Positions 32,987 through 44,083 of a stretch of DNA of 64,000 bases are shown in pieces. How positions within the stretch are numbered: position 1 is the first letter of the stretch; each line of letters begins with the position of its first letter. The notes under the pieces were generated by a model, which saw nothing but the letters and a program-made list of their open reading frames with translations, did no database searches and was not told where the DNA came from. Source of the stretch: an uncultured Actinomycetes bacterium (GTDB lineage: Bacteria; Actinomycetota; Acidimicrobiia; Spongiisociales; DATADW01); contig CAWGRK010000002.1 in assembly GCA_963824995.1 (NCBI GenBank), positions 62,001 through 126,000 on the forward strand, read 5' to 3'. The translations under genes and the position numbers were made by a program.

Positions 32987-33775
32987 ATGATCGCCGCCGA
33001 CAGGCCGATGACGCGGGTCCCGGGGTGGGCACTCGGGGACCGCCGGTGTGGTTGTCGTTTGGTGGTGTTCGAGGTCGCCGCCAGGTTGGAGTGGCTGCCC
33101 CCGCGCTGGTTTCCACCTCCGACCGAGATACTCGAGGCACTGGCCGACGAGGCGGTCACGGCCGAGTTCTGGGCAACGGTGTGGGCCACGCTTCGGGGCT
33201 GGGCGATGGGTCTCGGCATCGCCGCGATCTGGTGGCGATACCGGTGGGGATGCTGATAGGCGCCATTCCCTTCCTCTACCGCCAGGTGCGGGTCGTGATC
33301 GAGTTCCTCCGGCCGATACCATCGGTGGCGCTCATCCCGGTCGCCGTTCTGCTCTTTGGCACCGGATTCGGCGGGAAGGTCTTTCCTCGCCTCGTTCGCC
33401 GCCACCTGGCCGCTGCTGTTCCAATCGATGTACGGGGTCCAGGACGTCGACCCGGTGGCTCGTGATACGGCCCGCGCCTACCGGCTCGGCCGGGTGCGTC
33501 AGGCTCTGTTGGTCACCCTGCCCAGCGCCGCCCCATACATCGCAACCGGGCTGCGCGTGTCCTCGGCGGTCGCCCTCATCCTGGTGGTGACCGGTGAGTT
33601 GGTCATCGGCTCCGCCGGTGTCGGCAATGCAATCGCGGTGGCGAGGAGCGGCGGCGACGTGGCGGTGGCGTACGCGTACATCGCCGTCGCCGGATTGATG
33701 GGGCTTGGGCTCAATACGCTCTTCAAGATCGTGGAGCGCCCCGTGCTCCACTGGCACCCGGGGCAGCGCCGATGA
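32987..33775 (+). CDS. ABC permease, SsuC/TauC-like (frameshifts)
   Basis: FPPPTEI, EFLRPIPSVALIP, LPSAAPYIATGLR. Confidence 0.85.
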
Positions 33776-34578
33776 AGTGGAGGAGCGTGCTGGCCGACGT
33801 GGCGAGGTTCGGGGTCTTTCTCCTGCTGTGGCAGTTGGTGGCTCTGGCGCTCGACTCGGCATTCCTTCCGCCGCTCGGGGAGGTCTTCACCGCGTTTGCG
33901 GACAGCTTCATCTTCGAGCGCATTTGGAGTGACGTGGTGCCGAGCATCGGCCGAATGGCTGCGGGATACACCATCGCAGCGGTGGTGGGTATCGGCGCCG
34001 GGTTGTTGATCGGGTCCAACTGGGTGGTACGCCGCACCACCGGACCCGTCACCGAGTTCCTCCGCGCCATCCCGCCGCCGGCACTCCTCCCCTTTGCCAT
34101 GCTCGTGTTCGGGTTCGGGTTGTCGATGAAGGTGTTCGTGATCGCGATCGGATGTGTGTGGCCGATCCTGCTCAACACCGTGGACGGGGTTCGCGGTGCC
34201 GATCCCATGTTCAACGAGGTGGCCCGTGTCTACAGGCTCGACGAGCCGTTCCCGGCTGCGCCGGGTGGTGATCCCGGCGGCGGCACCCCAGATCGCCGTC
34301 GGGCTCAGGGCGAGCCTGTCCATCGCGTTGATCCTCATGGTGATCAGCGAGATGGTGGCCAGCACCAACGGACTCGGCTACTTCGTTCTGCAGGCACAGC
34401 GGACTTTCCGTTGGATGACATGTGGGCTGGGATTCTGATGCTCGGCATCGTCGGGTTCTCCCTCAATGCGCTCTTTGTCGCAGCGGAGAGACGAGTCCTC
34501 GCTTGGCACCGCGGGATGCGCGCCGCAAGTGATGCGAGCGCCGAGCCGGTCGAGGCCGTTTCCGAGGTGGCGGCCTGA
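33772..34578 (+). CDS. ABC permease, SsuC/TauC-like (frameshifts)
   Basis: EFLRAIPPPALLP, WPILLNTVDG, MVISEM. Confidence 0.85.
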   Translation: MKWRSVLADVARFGVFLLLWQLVALALDSAFLPPLGEVFTAFADSFIFERIWSDVVPSIGRMAAGYTIAAVVGIGAGLLIGSNWVVRRTTGPVTEFLRAIPPPALLPFAMLVFGFGLSMKVFVIAIGCVWPILLNTVDGVRGADPMFNEVARVYRLDEPFPAAPGGDPGGGTPDRRRAQGEPVHRVDPHGDQRDGGQHQRTRLLRSAGTADFPLDDMWAGILMLGIVGFSLNALFVAAERRVLAWHRGMRAASDASAEPVEAVSEVAA

Positions 34579-35370
34579 TGCTCGAGGTGAGTCATCTCCG
34601 GGTCGTGTACGGGTCGGGCAGCGATGCGGTGGAGGCGATCGGTGATCTCTCACTCACGGTGGGCGAAGGGGAGTTGGTCTGCGTCGTCGGCCCATCAGGA
34701 TGCGGCAAGAGCACCCTGCTGCGCTGCCTCTCCGGACTGATGGCCCCGACTTCCGGAGAGGCCAGCCTCGACGGTGAGCGGATCACCGGTCCTCCGGAGC
34801 GGATGGCTCTCGTCTTCCAGCAGTACGGCCGGTCTCTTGTTCCCGTGGATGACGGTCCGGGCCAACGTGGATATCCCGCTTCGCGCCAAGGCGTTGTCAT
34901 CTTCCGACCGGAGGGGTCTGGTGGAGGAGATGGTCGGCGCAGTCGGGTTGTCGGATTCGCTCGATCGGTATCCGTGGCAATTGTCCGGAGGGATGCAGCA
35001 GAGGGTGGCGATCGCGCGTGCCCTCGCCTACCAGCCGGAAGTCCTGATGATGGATGAACCGTTCGCATCGGTTGACGCCCAGACCCGGGCAGAGTTGGAG
35101 GACCTGCTGCTCCGGATCTGGGGTGAGTTCGGTGTCACCGTCCTCTTCGTCACGCACGACGTGGACGAGTCGGTCTACCTGGGCGACCGGGTGGCGGTGC
35201 TCTCCAAGTCGCCGAGCCGGGTGAGCGAAGAGGTGGTTGTGGACCTGCCGCGCCCCCGCGACCAGTTGACCACCAAAGCCGACCCTCTTTTCAGCGACCT
35301 GCGCACCAGGGTGCTCCGCTCGATTCGCCAGGGGGGGCCTCTGAGCGGGGAACCGCTGGTCGAACGATGA
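34578..35370 (+). CDS. ABC ATP-binding protein, SsuB/TauB-like (frameshift)
   Basis: GPSGCGKST, LSGGMQQR, MDEPFASVDAQTR, VTHD. Confidence 0.9.
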
Positions 35371-36092
35371 GACTGGCGACCGTCCACTGGGGCGATGGCC
35401 CGCGCCGCGCCCTCCTGATCCACGGGATCCAGTCCAATGCGGCCGGATGGTGGCGGGTCGGCCCCGCACTGGCGGAAAAGGGCTTTGCGGTGACTGCCCC
35501 CGATCTCAGAGGTCACGGCACCAGCCCCAATCCTGCCGACCACACCTTCGACTCCCATGCCACCGACCTGATCGAGTTGGGAAGTGGCTGGGATCTCGTG
35601 CTGGGCCACTCGCTCGGGGGTGCCCTGGCGCTGGTTGCGATCCGACTCGATCCGGGTTTTGCCACCCGGCTGGTGTTGGAGGACCCGGCGCTCGCCGTCT
35701 TCGACCCCGACCAGGCTCTCCATCAGCTCAGTCAACCGTTCGGCGTCGAGGTGACCCCGGAGTGGGTGGCACACCACAACCCGACCTGGCACCCCGAGGA
35801 TGTCCGGATCAAAGTCGAGTCACTGAGCGAGACATCGCAACAGGTCAGCGAGGCGATCGTCCGGCAGAACGAGTACTGGAATGTCTTGGCCGAATTGGCC
35901 GCGCTCACCATCCCCACGCTCGTGTTGGGCGCCGATCCCGAGTTGGGGGCCCTCGTTCCGCCTGCCCTCGGCGAGGGCCTTCCCGGGTTGAACGAGAACG
36001 TCCGGTTTGTCTCGGTTCCCGGTGCTAGTCACTCGATGCACCGTGATGAGTTCGCCGCATTCATGGGCGAGATCTACCGGTTCCTCGGCTAA
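35367..36092 (+). CDS. Alpha/beta hydrolase
   Basis: HG, DLRGHG, GHSLGG nucleophile, C-terminal His. Confidence 0.9.
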   Translation: MRLATVHWGDGPRRALLIHGIQSNAAGWWRVGPALAEKGFAVTAPDLRGHGTSPNPADHTFDSHATDLIELGSGWDLVLGHSLGGALALVAIRLDPGFATRLVLEDPALAVFDPDQALHQLSQPFGVEVTPEWVAHHNPTWHPEDVRIKVESLSETSQQVSEAIVRQNEYWNVLAELAALTIPTLVLGADPELGALVPPALGEGLPGLNENVRFVSVPGASHSMHRDEFAAFMGEIYRFLG

Positions 36093-36131
36093 CCATGCCG
36101 CGCGTACCCTGGAACGGCCAGAAGGAGGAGC

Positions 36132-37526
36132 ATGGAACAGTCCCGGGTTGAGCGCGATTCGATGGGCGAGGTGGAGGTGCCGGCCGGTGCCTACTACGGG
36201 GCGTCCACCCGTCGCGCCGTGGACAACTTCCCCGATCTCCGGGATCCGCTTCGGTCGGCGGTTCATTTGGGCTTGGGGCTCATCAAGGGATCGGCCGCCA
36301 CTGTCGCCGCGGAACATGGCATTTCTCGCCACCGAAGAGGCCGAGGCGATCCGCGCTGCTGCCGACGAAGTTATGGAGGGGGCGCTCGACGACCACTTCC
36401 CCATTGACGTTTTTCAGACCGGGTCTGGCACGTCCACCAACACCAACGCCAACGAGGTGATCGCCAGACGTGCCCGGGAGCTGCTCGGCGAGATCGACGG
36501 CCGCCGGGTTCACCCCAACGACCACGTCAACTACGGGCAGTCTTCCAACGACGTCATCCCAACGGCCATCCATGTCGCAGCCGCCGCGGCGGTTTCCGAG
36601 GATCTCATGCCGGAATTGGAAGCGTTGGCCGGTGCTCTGCGGTCCAAGGCCGAGGAGTTCCGCAACGTGGTCAAGTCGGGGCGGACACACCTGATGGACG
36701 CCACCCCGGTCACCCTCGGCCAGGAGTTCAGCGGCTACGCAACTCAGATAGCGAAGGGTTCGGAACGTCTCCGCAAGGTCCTTCCCGAGTTGGAGGAGCT
36801 TCCCCTTGGCGGCACGGCCGTGGGTACCGGAATCAACGCTCCCGATGGCTTCGCCGCAGCAGTGATCGAGCTGTTGGCGGAGCGAACCGGGTTGTCATTC
36901 CGCGAGGCAGAAGACCACTTCGAGGCGCAAGCGGCGAAGGACGCCACGGTGATGTCTTCCGGAGCCATAAAGACGGTTGCCGTGTCGATGTTCAAGATCG
37001 CCAACGACCTGCGGTGGCTCGGCTCGGGCCCGACCTCGGGTCTGGCCGAGATCCGGATCCCCGACCTCCAACCCGGCTCTTCGATCATGCCGGGCAAGGT
37101 CAACCCGGTGATTCCCGAGATGGTGATGCAGGTGGCCGCGCAGGTGGTGGGGAACGACGCCACGGTCACCTGGGCGGCGGCCAACGGCAACTTCGAATTG
37201 AACGTGATGATGCCGGTCCTGGCTCACAATCTGCTCCAGTCGATTGGATTGCTGACCGTCGGCAGCCTCAGGGCTGCGTCGACGGTGCGTGGCGGGGATC
37301 ACAGCCGACGAGGACCGTGCCACCGAGTTGGTCGAGCGGAACGTGATCGTCGTCACTGCGCTCAATCCCCACATCGGATACGACAACGGTGCGATGGTGG
37401 CGAAGGAGGCGCTGGCCACGGGTCGCAGCGTCCGCGAGGTGGTGCTGGAAAAGGGTCTCTTGTCCGAGGATGAGCTCGACGCCGTTCTCGATCTGAGGAA
37501 GAATGACCGAAGGTGGGGTTCTCTGA
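36132..37526 (+). CDS. fumC: Class II fumarate hydratase (frameshifts)
   Basis: [51 protein letters not shown]. Confidence 0.92.
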
Positions 37527-37533
37527 GAGGACC

Positions 37534-38135
37534 TCAGTCCTCGCGCTCCTCGATGTCCCAGCCGTCATTCCAGCGGACCCTCACCTCGGACTTGGAGTCG
37601 TCGCTCTCGAATTCGACCCGCACCTCGTCGGGACCCGCCGTCGTCCACCTCGACCGTCGTAGCCGGGGTTGGGGACCGCCGAGACCAGCGACACCGACGC
37701 CTCCCGACGCCTCGACGACCACGGTTCCCCCCGACACCGACACCGTGCGCCGCTCGGTTGTGGCCGGGGGAGTGGTATCGGGAGTCGATGTCGAGGTGGT
37801 CGAGGTCGATGTCGAGGGGGACGACGTCGAGGTCGTCGAGGTTGAGGAAGTCGAGGAGGAGCCCGAGGTCGATGGGGTCGAGGACGAGGAGCCCGAGCTG
37901 CATCGGTGGTGGTCGTCTGGCGTGGCCGGTTTGCCGAGGTGTTGGTGGTGCTGGTGCGGCGTGGCCGCTCGGTCGAGCTGCTGGTCACCGACTCCGAGTC
38001 ATCGGCCACGGCCTCCACCGGGAACACCGGCTGCTCGGAGACGTCGTTGTCGGCGGCGTCCACGGCGCGCCATGCCACGAAGGTGGCGGCGGCTGTCACG
38101 ACCAACCACAACAGGACGAGACCGAGGCGGCGCAT
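37534..38135 (-). CDS. Membrane-anchored or secreted protein with S/T-rich linker and C-terminal 'VRVEF' domain (frameshifts)
   Basis: MRRLGLVLLWLVV anchor; S/T tract; GGTVVV...PNPGY...DEVRVEFES. Confidence 0.72.
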
Positions 38136-38169
38136 CGCGTCAGTGTCCCAGCTGGCGGTGGCAACATAC

Positions 38170-38198
38170 GTCAAGGAACGGTCAAGGTCTCGTCAACC
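38170..38198. promoter_or_regulatory. Three direct repeats with 11-bp period; candidate OmpR-type site
   Basis: GTCAAGG (38170), GTCAAGG (38181), GTCAACC (38192). Confidence 0.55.
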
Positions 38199-38237
38199 GG
38201 GCCCAGCAAAGCGGAACCCCACCTATAACCTGATGAC

Positions 38238-38918
38238 ATGGCCGCCGTGGTGTTGGTCGAGGACGACCTGGAGATACGCAATCTGGTGGCCCGCGTGCTC
38301 GCCGGTCATGGCCACGACGTGGTCTCGGCGGCAACCGCCATGGAGGGTCTCGAAGCGGCGGTAAAGGGTGCTCCCGACCTGGTGATCCTCGACCTCGGGC
38401 TTCCCGACCTCGACGGTTTCGAGCTGCTCAAGATGATCCGTGCGGTCAGCGCGGTGCCGGTGATCGTGGCCACCGCCCGTGGTGTCGAGGACGAGATCAT
38501 CCGGACTCTCGATGCGGGTGCCGACGACTATCTGGTCAAGCCATTCGGCGCCCGTCAACTGGAAGCCCGGGTCAGAGCGGTACTCCGTCGCCGTGGCGAG
38601 GATGCCGAGCCGGTGACGATCGTTGGTGGGCTGACCATCGATCCTCGTTCCCGTCAGGCTCGGCTCGATGACCAGGAACTCGAGCTCACTCCGAAGGAGT
38701 TCGATTTGCTGCTCTTCCTGGCGGAGCGCGCCGGCGAGGTGGTGACCAAACGGGAGATCCTGGCCGAGGTGTGGCGCGAGCCGTACGGCGGCGCCGATCG
38801 CACCATCGACGTGCATCTCTCCTGGCTTCGCAAGAAGTTGGGGGAGAGCGCCGCCGACCCCCGCTACCTGCGCACCGTCCACGGCGTGGGCATCAAGCTG
38901 GTCGACCCGGGCGGCTGA
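38238..38918 (+). CDS. OmpR-family response regulator
   Basis: VEDD, LDLGLPD, GADDYLVKPF, RTIDVHLSWLRKK; TAACCT 6 nt upstream. Confidence 0.93.
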   Translation: MAAVVLVEDDLEIRNLVARVLAGHGHDVVSAATAMEGLEAAVKGAPDLVILDLGLPDLDGFELLKMIRAVSAVPVIVATARGVEDEIIRTLDAGADDYLVKPFGARQLEARVRAVLRRRGEDAEPVTIVGGLTIDPRSRQARLDDQELELTPKEFDLLLFLAERAGEVVTKREILAEVWREPYGGADRTIDVHLSWLRKKLGESAADPRYLRTVHGVGIKLVDPGG

Positions 38919-40233
38919 ATGCGCAAGCAGCTGGCGTTGGTGAGTCTCGCCGTGACCTCGTTGGTCGTCGTAGCAATCACCTTGCCGTTGGCGTTGCTCT
39001 ACAAGCGCCAAGCCGAAGATCGGGCTGTGGTTGCCGCCGAGCGGCGGGCACAAGCGGTGGCGGCCGACGTCGCGGTTGCCGCAGGACCCGAGCTGGATCG
39101 CGGTGCCATCGACGAGGTGGTGCTCTCGTCCGACGGCATAGGGGAGTTGTCGGTGATCTTGCCCGACGACGAGGTCGTCGGAGTGCCCGTCCCGGTCACG
39201 GCCGCCGTTGCCCGGGCCCGCCAGGGTCTGGCTTTCCGAGCGGACACGGGAGAGGTGGTCGTACCCGTGGTGACCGCCGCGGGGACCGCGGTGGTGCGGG
39301 TGGCCCTGCTTCCCGACGACCTGACGCAAGGGGTACGAGGAGCCTGGCTGGTCCTCGGGCTCCTCGGTTTGGGGATGATCGCACTGGCAGTGGTCGTGGC
39401 CGACCGGTTGGGCCGCTCGTTCGTCCGTCCAGTGGGGGAACTGGCGGTCACCGCCGAACGGCTCGGCGCCGGCGAGATGGAAGCGCGGGTCCGACCAGAA
39501 GGTCCACCCGAGGTGGTCGAGGTGGGCGAGGCTCTCAATCAACTTGCGGGCAGGGTGGAGATGCTGCTCGCCGCCGAGCGGGAGTCGGTCGCCGACCTGT
39601 CACACCGGTTGCGCACCCCGCTCACTGCATTGCGGCTCCGCGCCGAGGCGATCGACGACCCGGAGACAGCCACTGCCCTGCTCGCCCAGGTGGATCGGTT
39701 GCAGTGGGCGGTGGACGAACTGATCAACACGGCCAGGCGCGGCAGCAGAGCCGTCACCGGCGTCGATCTGGGTCTGGTGGCGCGCAATCAGTCGGACTTC
39801 TGGCTGGTCCTCGCCGACGAGCAGAGTCGCAACTTCCGCATCGACCTGCCGGCGTCACCGGTGGTCGTGGAGGCCGATGCGTCCGAGGTTGCAGCCGTAA
39901 TAGACGCCTTGGTGGGGAACGTCTTTGCCCACACCCCTCCGGGGACCGATTTCGAACTCGAGGTGCGGGACGAGGACGACATGGCCGTCCTCTCGATCGA
40001 TGACGCCGGTCCCGGGTTTCCGGACCAGGCGGTGATCGGGCGCGGTGAGAGCAGAGCTGGCTCCACCGGTCTCGGCCTGGACATAGCCCGCCGGTTCGCC
40101 GAGGAGAGCGACGGGGAGCCTCGCCGTGGGAAGGTCGCCCCTCGGCGGGGCCAGGGTCGAGGTCCGACTCGTCAGTCGGTTGCCGACACCGTCTCCCAGC
40201 GTGACCGCATCGCCTCGATCTCCAGCGGCGTGA
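38919..40233 (+). CDS. HAMP sensor histidine kinase (C-terminal frameshift; end approximate)
   Basis: 2 TM, HAMP, DLSHRLRTPL, DDAGPG, STGLGLDI. Confidence 0.9.
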
Positions 40234-41120
40234 AGAGGTGCTTCACCAGGCGCGATCCGTAAACCGCGTTCGAGTTGCTCGGGGGCAAGATGGAGCTTCT
40301 CCCGGAATAGGGCGTAGATCGAGGCATGCTCCCTACGGTCGGCGACGTTCCCCGAGACGAGCTTGATCCCCGGCAGCGCCCAGGAACTCCTCGAGTGCCT
40401 CCTGCCCGACCCGGTCGAGGTCGGCGGTCCGGATCAGCAGGAGTCGGGCCCGTTCGCCCTCGTAGATCTGCCATCCCCGCTCGGGAGAGAAGGGGGTGGC
40501 GAAGATGTCGACACCGAACACGGGCGCCATCTCCAGGTCGAACCAGTGGAGAGGATCGACATCGAGCCGGGCCAGACCACCCGGGTCGAGCACATGTTGC
40601 TCGAATAGGGGACCCAACTCGGCGAGTAGCTCGTCGTCGGAGAGCTGCTTGTCGTCGCTCGAACCAGTCGTAGCCGATCGGCACTTCCAGCTTCTCGAAG
40701 AACAACGAGACATTGCGCGCCACTGGGTCGCGCACCAGGGTGATGACATCCCACCGCTTGCTCCGGTTTCGGGTCACCGCGGCCCCGACGATCTGACCGT
40801 CCCAGATGAACGGGGGATGCCACCAGATCTCGGGGAGTGGGGTTCCCTGGTAGGCAGCCTGGGAGGCTGCCAGCAGCCTCGTCTCCCTCTCCAATTGGTT
40901 GCGGGTCAGGAAATGGGTGTGGATGACCGAGCGCTCGTCCGAGATGCGCGGATCGGCGGCGAGAGAACGCAGCACGGTCTGCGACCCAACCTTCCCCATC
41001 TGGTGGACGATGATCGGGTTTCGCCGCAGCCCCCGTCGGGTGTTGACCTGGCGCCGCATCCATCGCACCGGGGTGCTGTGGGCGATACCACTGGGACCTT
41101 GGGGGGCGGAAATCGGTCAT
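40172..41120 (-). CDS. Sulfotransferase-like putative capsular polysaccharide synthesis protein (frameshifts)
   Basis: HQMGKVGS (5'-PSB-like) and ITLVRDPVARNVS (3'-PB-like) motifs. Confidence 0.7.
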
Positions 41121-41135
41121 CCGGTGACGGTAGAA

Positions 41136-41170
41136 CGGAAGTCGGAAGTCGGAAGTCGGAAGTCGGAAGG
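41136..41170 (-). repeat. (ACTTCCG)5 heptamer array
   Basis: + strand cggaagt x4, then cggaagg. Confidence 0.88.
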
Positions 41171-41256
41171 GAAGGAATCCCTCAGCTGATGGTGGTCGGT
41201 GGTGGCTGCCGGTTGGGCGGAAGGAGAGCCGACAACCACCACCTAACCAATGCGTG

Positions 41257-42160
41257 CTATCCGATCTCGAGCCGCAGTTCGGAACCGTGGAACTGGAGCC
41301 GGAACTCGATGTCGTCGTCGCCCCGCTCGAACTCGACCCGCACCCGGTCGCCGCCGGCGTCCTCGACTTCGAAATCCCAACCAGAGTTGGCGCTTACGTC
41401 GAGCAGCATCGAACTGACCATCGGAGATCCTCACGGTGACACTCCCGGCGCTCTCGACCTGATAGGTCACCGAGCGATCGGTCGGAGGGGTCTCTTCGCG
41501 CACCGTCGTGCTCGTCGTGTCGTCGTCGATCGTCGTCGAGGTGTCGTCGTCGGAGGTGGTCGAAGTGACGTCATCGTCGAGGGTGGTGCTGGTCGCATCG
41601 TCATCGTCGATGGTGGTCGACGTGTTGTCATCGTCGTCGAACGTCGTGCTCGTCACGTCGTCATCGATGGTGGTTGATGTGTTGTCGTCCAACGTCGTCG
41701 ACGTGTTGTCATCGAACGTCGTCGAGGTGGCGTCATCGTCCACGGTGGACGACGTGGCCCCTGTCGACGATGTCACCGAGGATGAAGTGACCGAGGAGAC
41801 CGACGATGACGTCGTCGATCCGTTGATGCGCCGTACCCGGGTGACCAGATCACCGTTGGCGAATTGGGCGACGAACACCCGGCGAGCCGGTCCCTTGACG
41901 AACTCCACCCGGACCTTGGGACCGGATTGGCGGACGACCTTCGGCGTCCAACCCTCGACGCGCTGGATCGAGACGACCGTGATGCGTCCGCTCTGCACGG
42001 TGACGGTGACGGCGCCTGCCTCGGCAACCGAGAAGCTCCGCTCAGCGGCGTCGGTCGCGGTGGCAGCGTTCCCGTTGTCTTGGAGCGCCTGGCTGATGCC
42101 GACGCCGAGAATCGCAAGCACGGCGGCTGCCGCCAATGCGATCAATCCAACTCTCTTCAC
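41257..42160 (-). CDS. Secreted protein with two 'VRVEF' domains separated by STTxDD repeats (frameshift near 41415)
   Basis: Signal peptide, GGAGG RBS, about 9 STT(I/L/F/S/V)DD(D/N) repeats. Confidence 0.78.
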
Positions 42161-42243
42161 GCTGTCCTCCTGATCTGGGACCACCACCGTCCCATACGGC
42201 CCGTTGCGGGCGCATCAGAGAGAAATCAACGTGATGTCATGTC

Positions 42244-42679
42244 TCAGCCCCCGTTGACCGAGGAGAGGGCCTGTTCGAGCGTCGCCCAGGGGAGCCCGGC
42301 GCACTTGATGCGGACCGGGAACTTGCGTACTCCCTGGAGTGCGCTCAGGTCACCAAGATCGGGGTCCGGTTCTCCATCGTCCGTCGATCGACATCATCTG
42401 GTGGAAGCGCTCGGCCAGGGATTCGATCTGGTCAACCGACTTACCGATGATGGCATCGCCCATCATCGAGGCCGACGACTGGCTGATCGAGCAGCCCTGG
42501 CTGCGCACCGACACGTCGGACACCACCCCGTCGGCTATCTGCAGGTCCACCTGAACCTCGTCCCCGCAAAGTGGATTCACCCCTTCGGCGTGCGCGTCGG
42601 GGTCCTCTATCTCACCCCGATGCCTCGGATTGCGGTAGTGGTCCAGGATCACCTGTCGATAGAGCTCGTCCAGCGCCAT
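42244..42679 (-). CDS. sufU: SufU/NifU-like protein (frameshift near 42375)
   Basis: [37 protein letters not shown]. Confidence 0.92.
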
Positions 42680-42807
42680 GCGGACAACAAGGTAACCGGG
42701 GCATGCTTAACGCTCGCTCTGGGAACCGCTCCGCCTCCCGGTGAGGGACGGCTGTACGGGGGAGGGTGATTGCCGTCGGGGCCAGTCACCCCTCCGCTCG
42801 GGCTTCG

Positions 42808-44083
42808 CTACGCAGCCTCCCCCTCGCCGGGGTTGGCGACTGCATCCGTGCGGTTCTCAACTCCGAAAAGCTCGGCGGCGGTGCCGAGACCGGCGATCAG
42901 GGCGTCGATGTCGTCGGTGCCGTTGTAGACCGAGAAGGAGGCGCGGGCGGTTGCGGGGACACCGAGGGCGCGCATCAGGGGTTTGGCGCAGTGGTGTCCG
43001 GCGCGGATCGCCACGCCGTGCTCGTCGAGGATCGTCGCCAGGTCGTGGGGGTGGATGTCGCCCATGGTGAAGCTCACCGCTCCTCCGCGCTGGTCGGGGT
43101 CGGTTGGTCCCTGTATCGCCACGCCCTGGGTGGCGCACAGTTGTTCCACGGCGTATGCGGTGAGGTCCCGGTCGTGGGCGGCGACGACGTCCATTCCGAT
43201 CTCGTCGAGGTACTCGATCGCCGCCACCATGCCGACAGCCTCGGTGATCGGTGGTGTGCCCGCCTCGAAGCGGTGGGGGATGGGCGCCCAAGTCGCTCCT
43301 TCGAGGGTGACGTCGCTGATCATCTCGCCACCGCCCTCGAAGGGCTCGAGTTCCTCGAGCGCCTCCTGACGACCCCAGAGAACGCCTATGCCGGTCGGAC
43401 CGAGCATCTTGTGCGACGAGAAGGCGAAGAAGTCAGCCCCCATTGACTCCACGGAAACCGGGCGATGGGCGACCAGTTGTGCGCCATCGACGACGACCCG
43501 GGCGCCGATCGTGTGAGCCGCATCGGCGATGGTTCGAACGTCGGGGATCGTCCCCAGCACGTTGGACATGCCGGTCACTCCTACCACCTTCACCCTCTCG
43601 TCGATGAGATCGAGGGTTGCGCCGAGATCGAGAAGCCCATTCGGGTCCAGCGGGGCCCAGACGACCTCGGCGCCGGTGAGGCCGGCGATCATGTGCCAGG
43701 GGACGATGTTGGCGTGGTGCTCCATCAGGGTCAGCAGCACCCGGTCGCCAGGCCGTAGACGACGCAACCCCCACCCGAACGCCACCGAGTTGAGCGCCGT
43801 CGTTGTTCCCCGGGTGAAGATGACCTGGCCAGAGGATGCTGCTCCCGATGAAGCCCGCCACCGTGTCTCGGGCGTGCTCGTAGGCCTCGGTGGCACCGAG
43901 CGAGAGCCGGTAGGCCCCGCGGTGCACGTTGGAGTATTTGGTGCGGAGGAACTCATCCATCGCCTCGATGACCACGGCGGGCTTCTGCGCCGATGCAGCC
44001 GAGTCGAGGTAGACGAGGCGATGCCCGTTGCTCGGCTGCGCCAGAAGCGGGAAGTCGGCGCGCCGGGCGGAGAGATCGCTCAT
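42808..44083 (-). CDS. sufS: Cysteine desulfurase SufS (frameshift near 43840)
   Basis: VYLDSAAS, NVHRG, MEHHANIVPW, SSHKMLGPTG, RAGHHCA. Confidence 0.94.

Noticed and set aside
41508..41820. GTC/GAC-rich DNA repeat as a non-coding array
   Set aside because: It is fully explained by the Ser/Thr/Asp repeat coding region on the minus strand.
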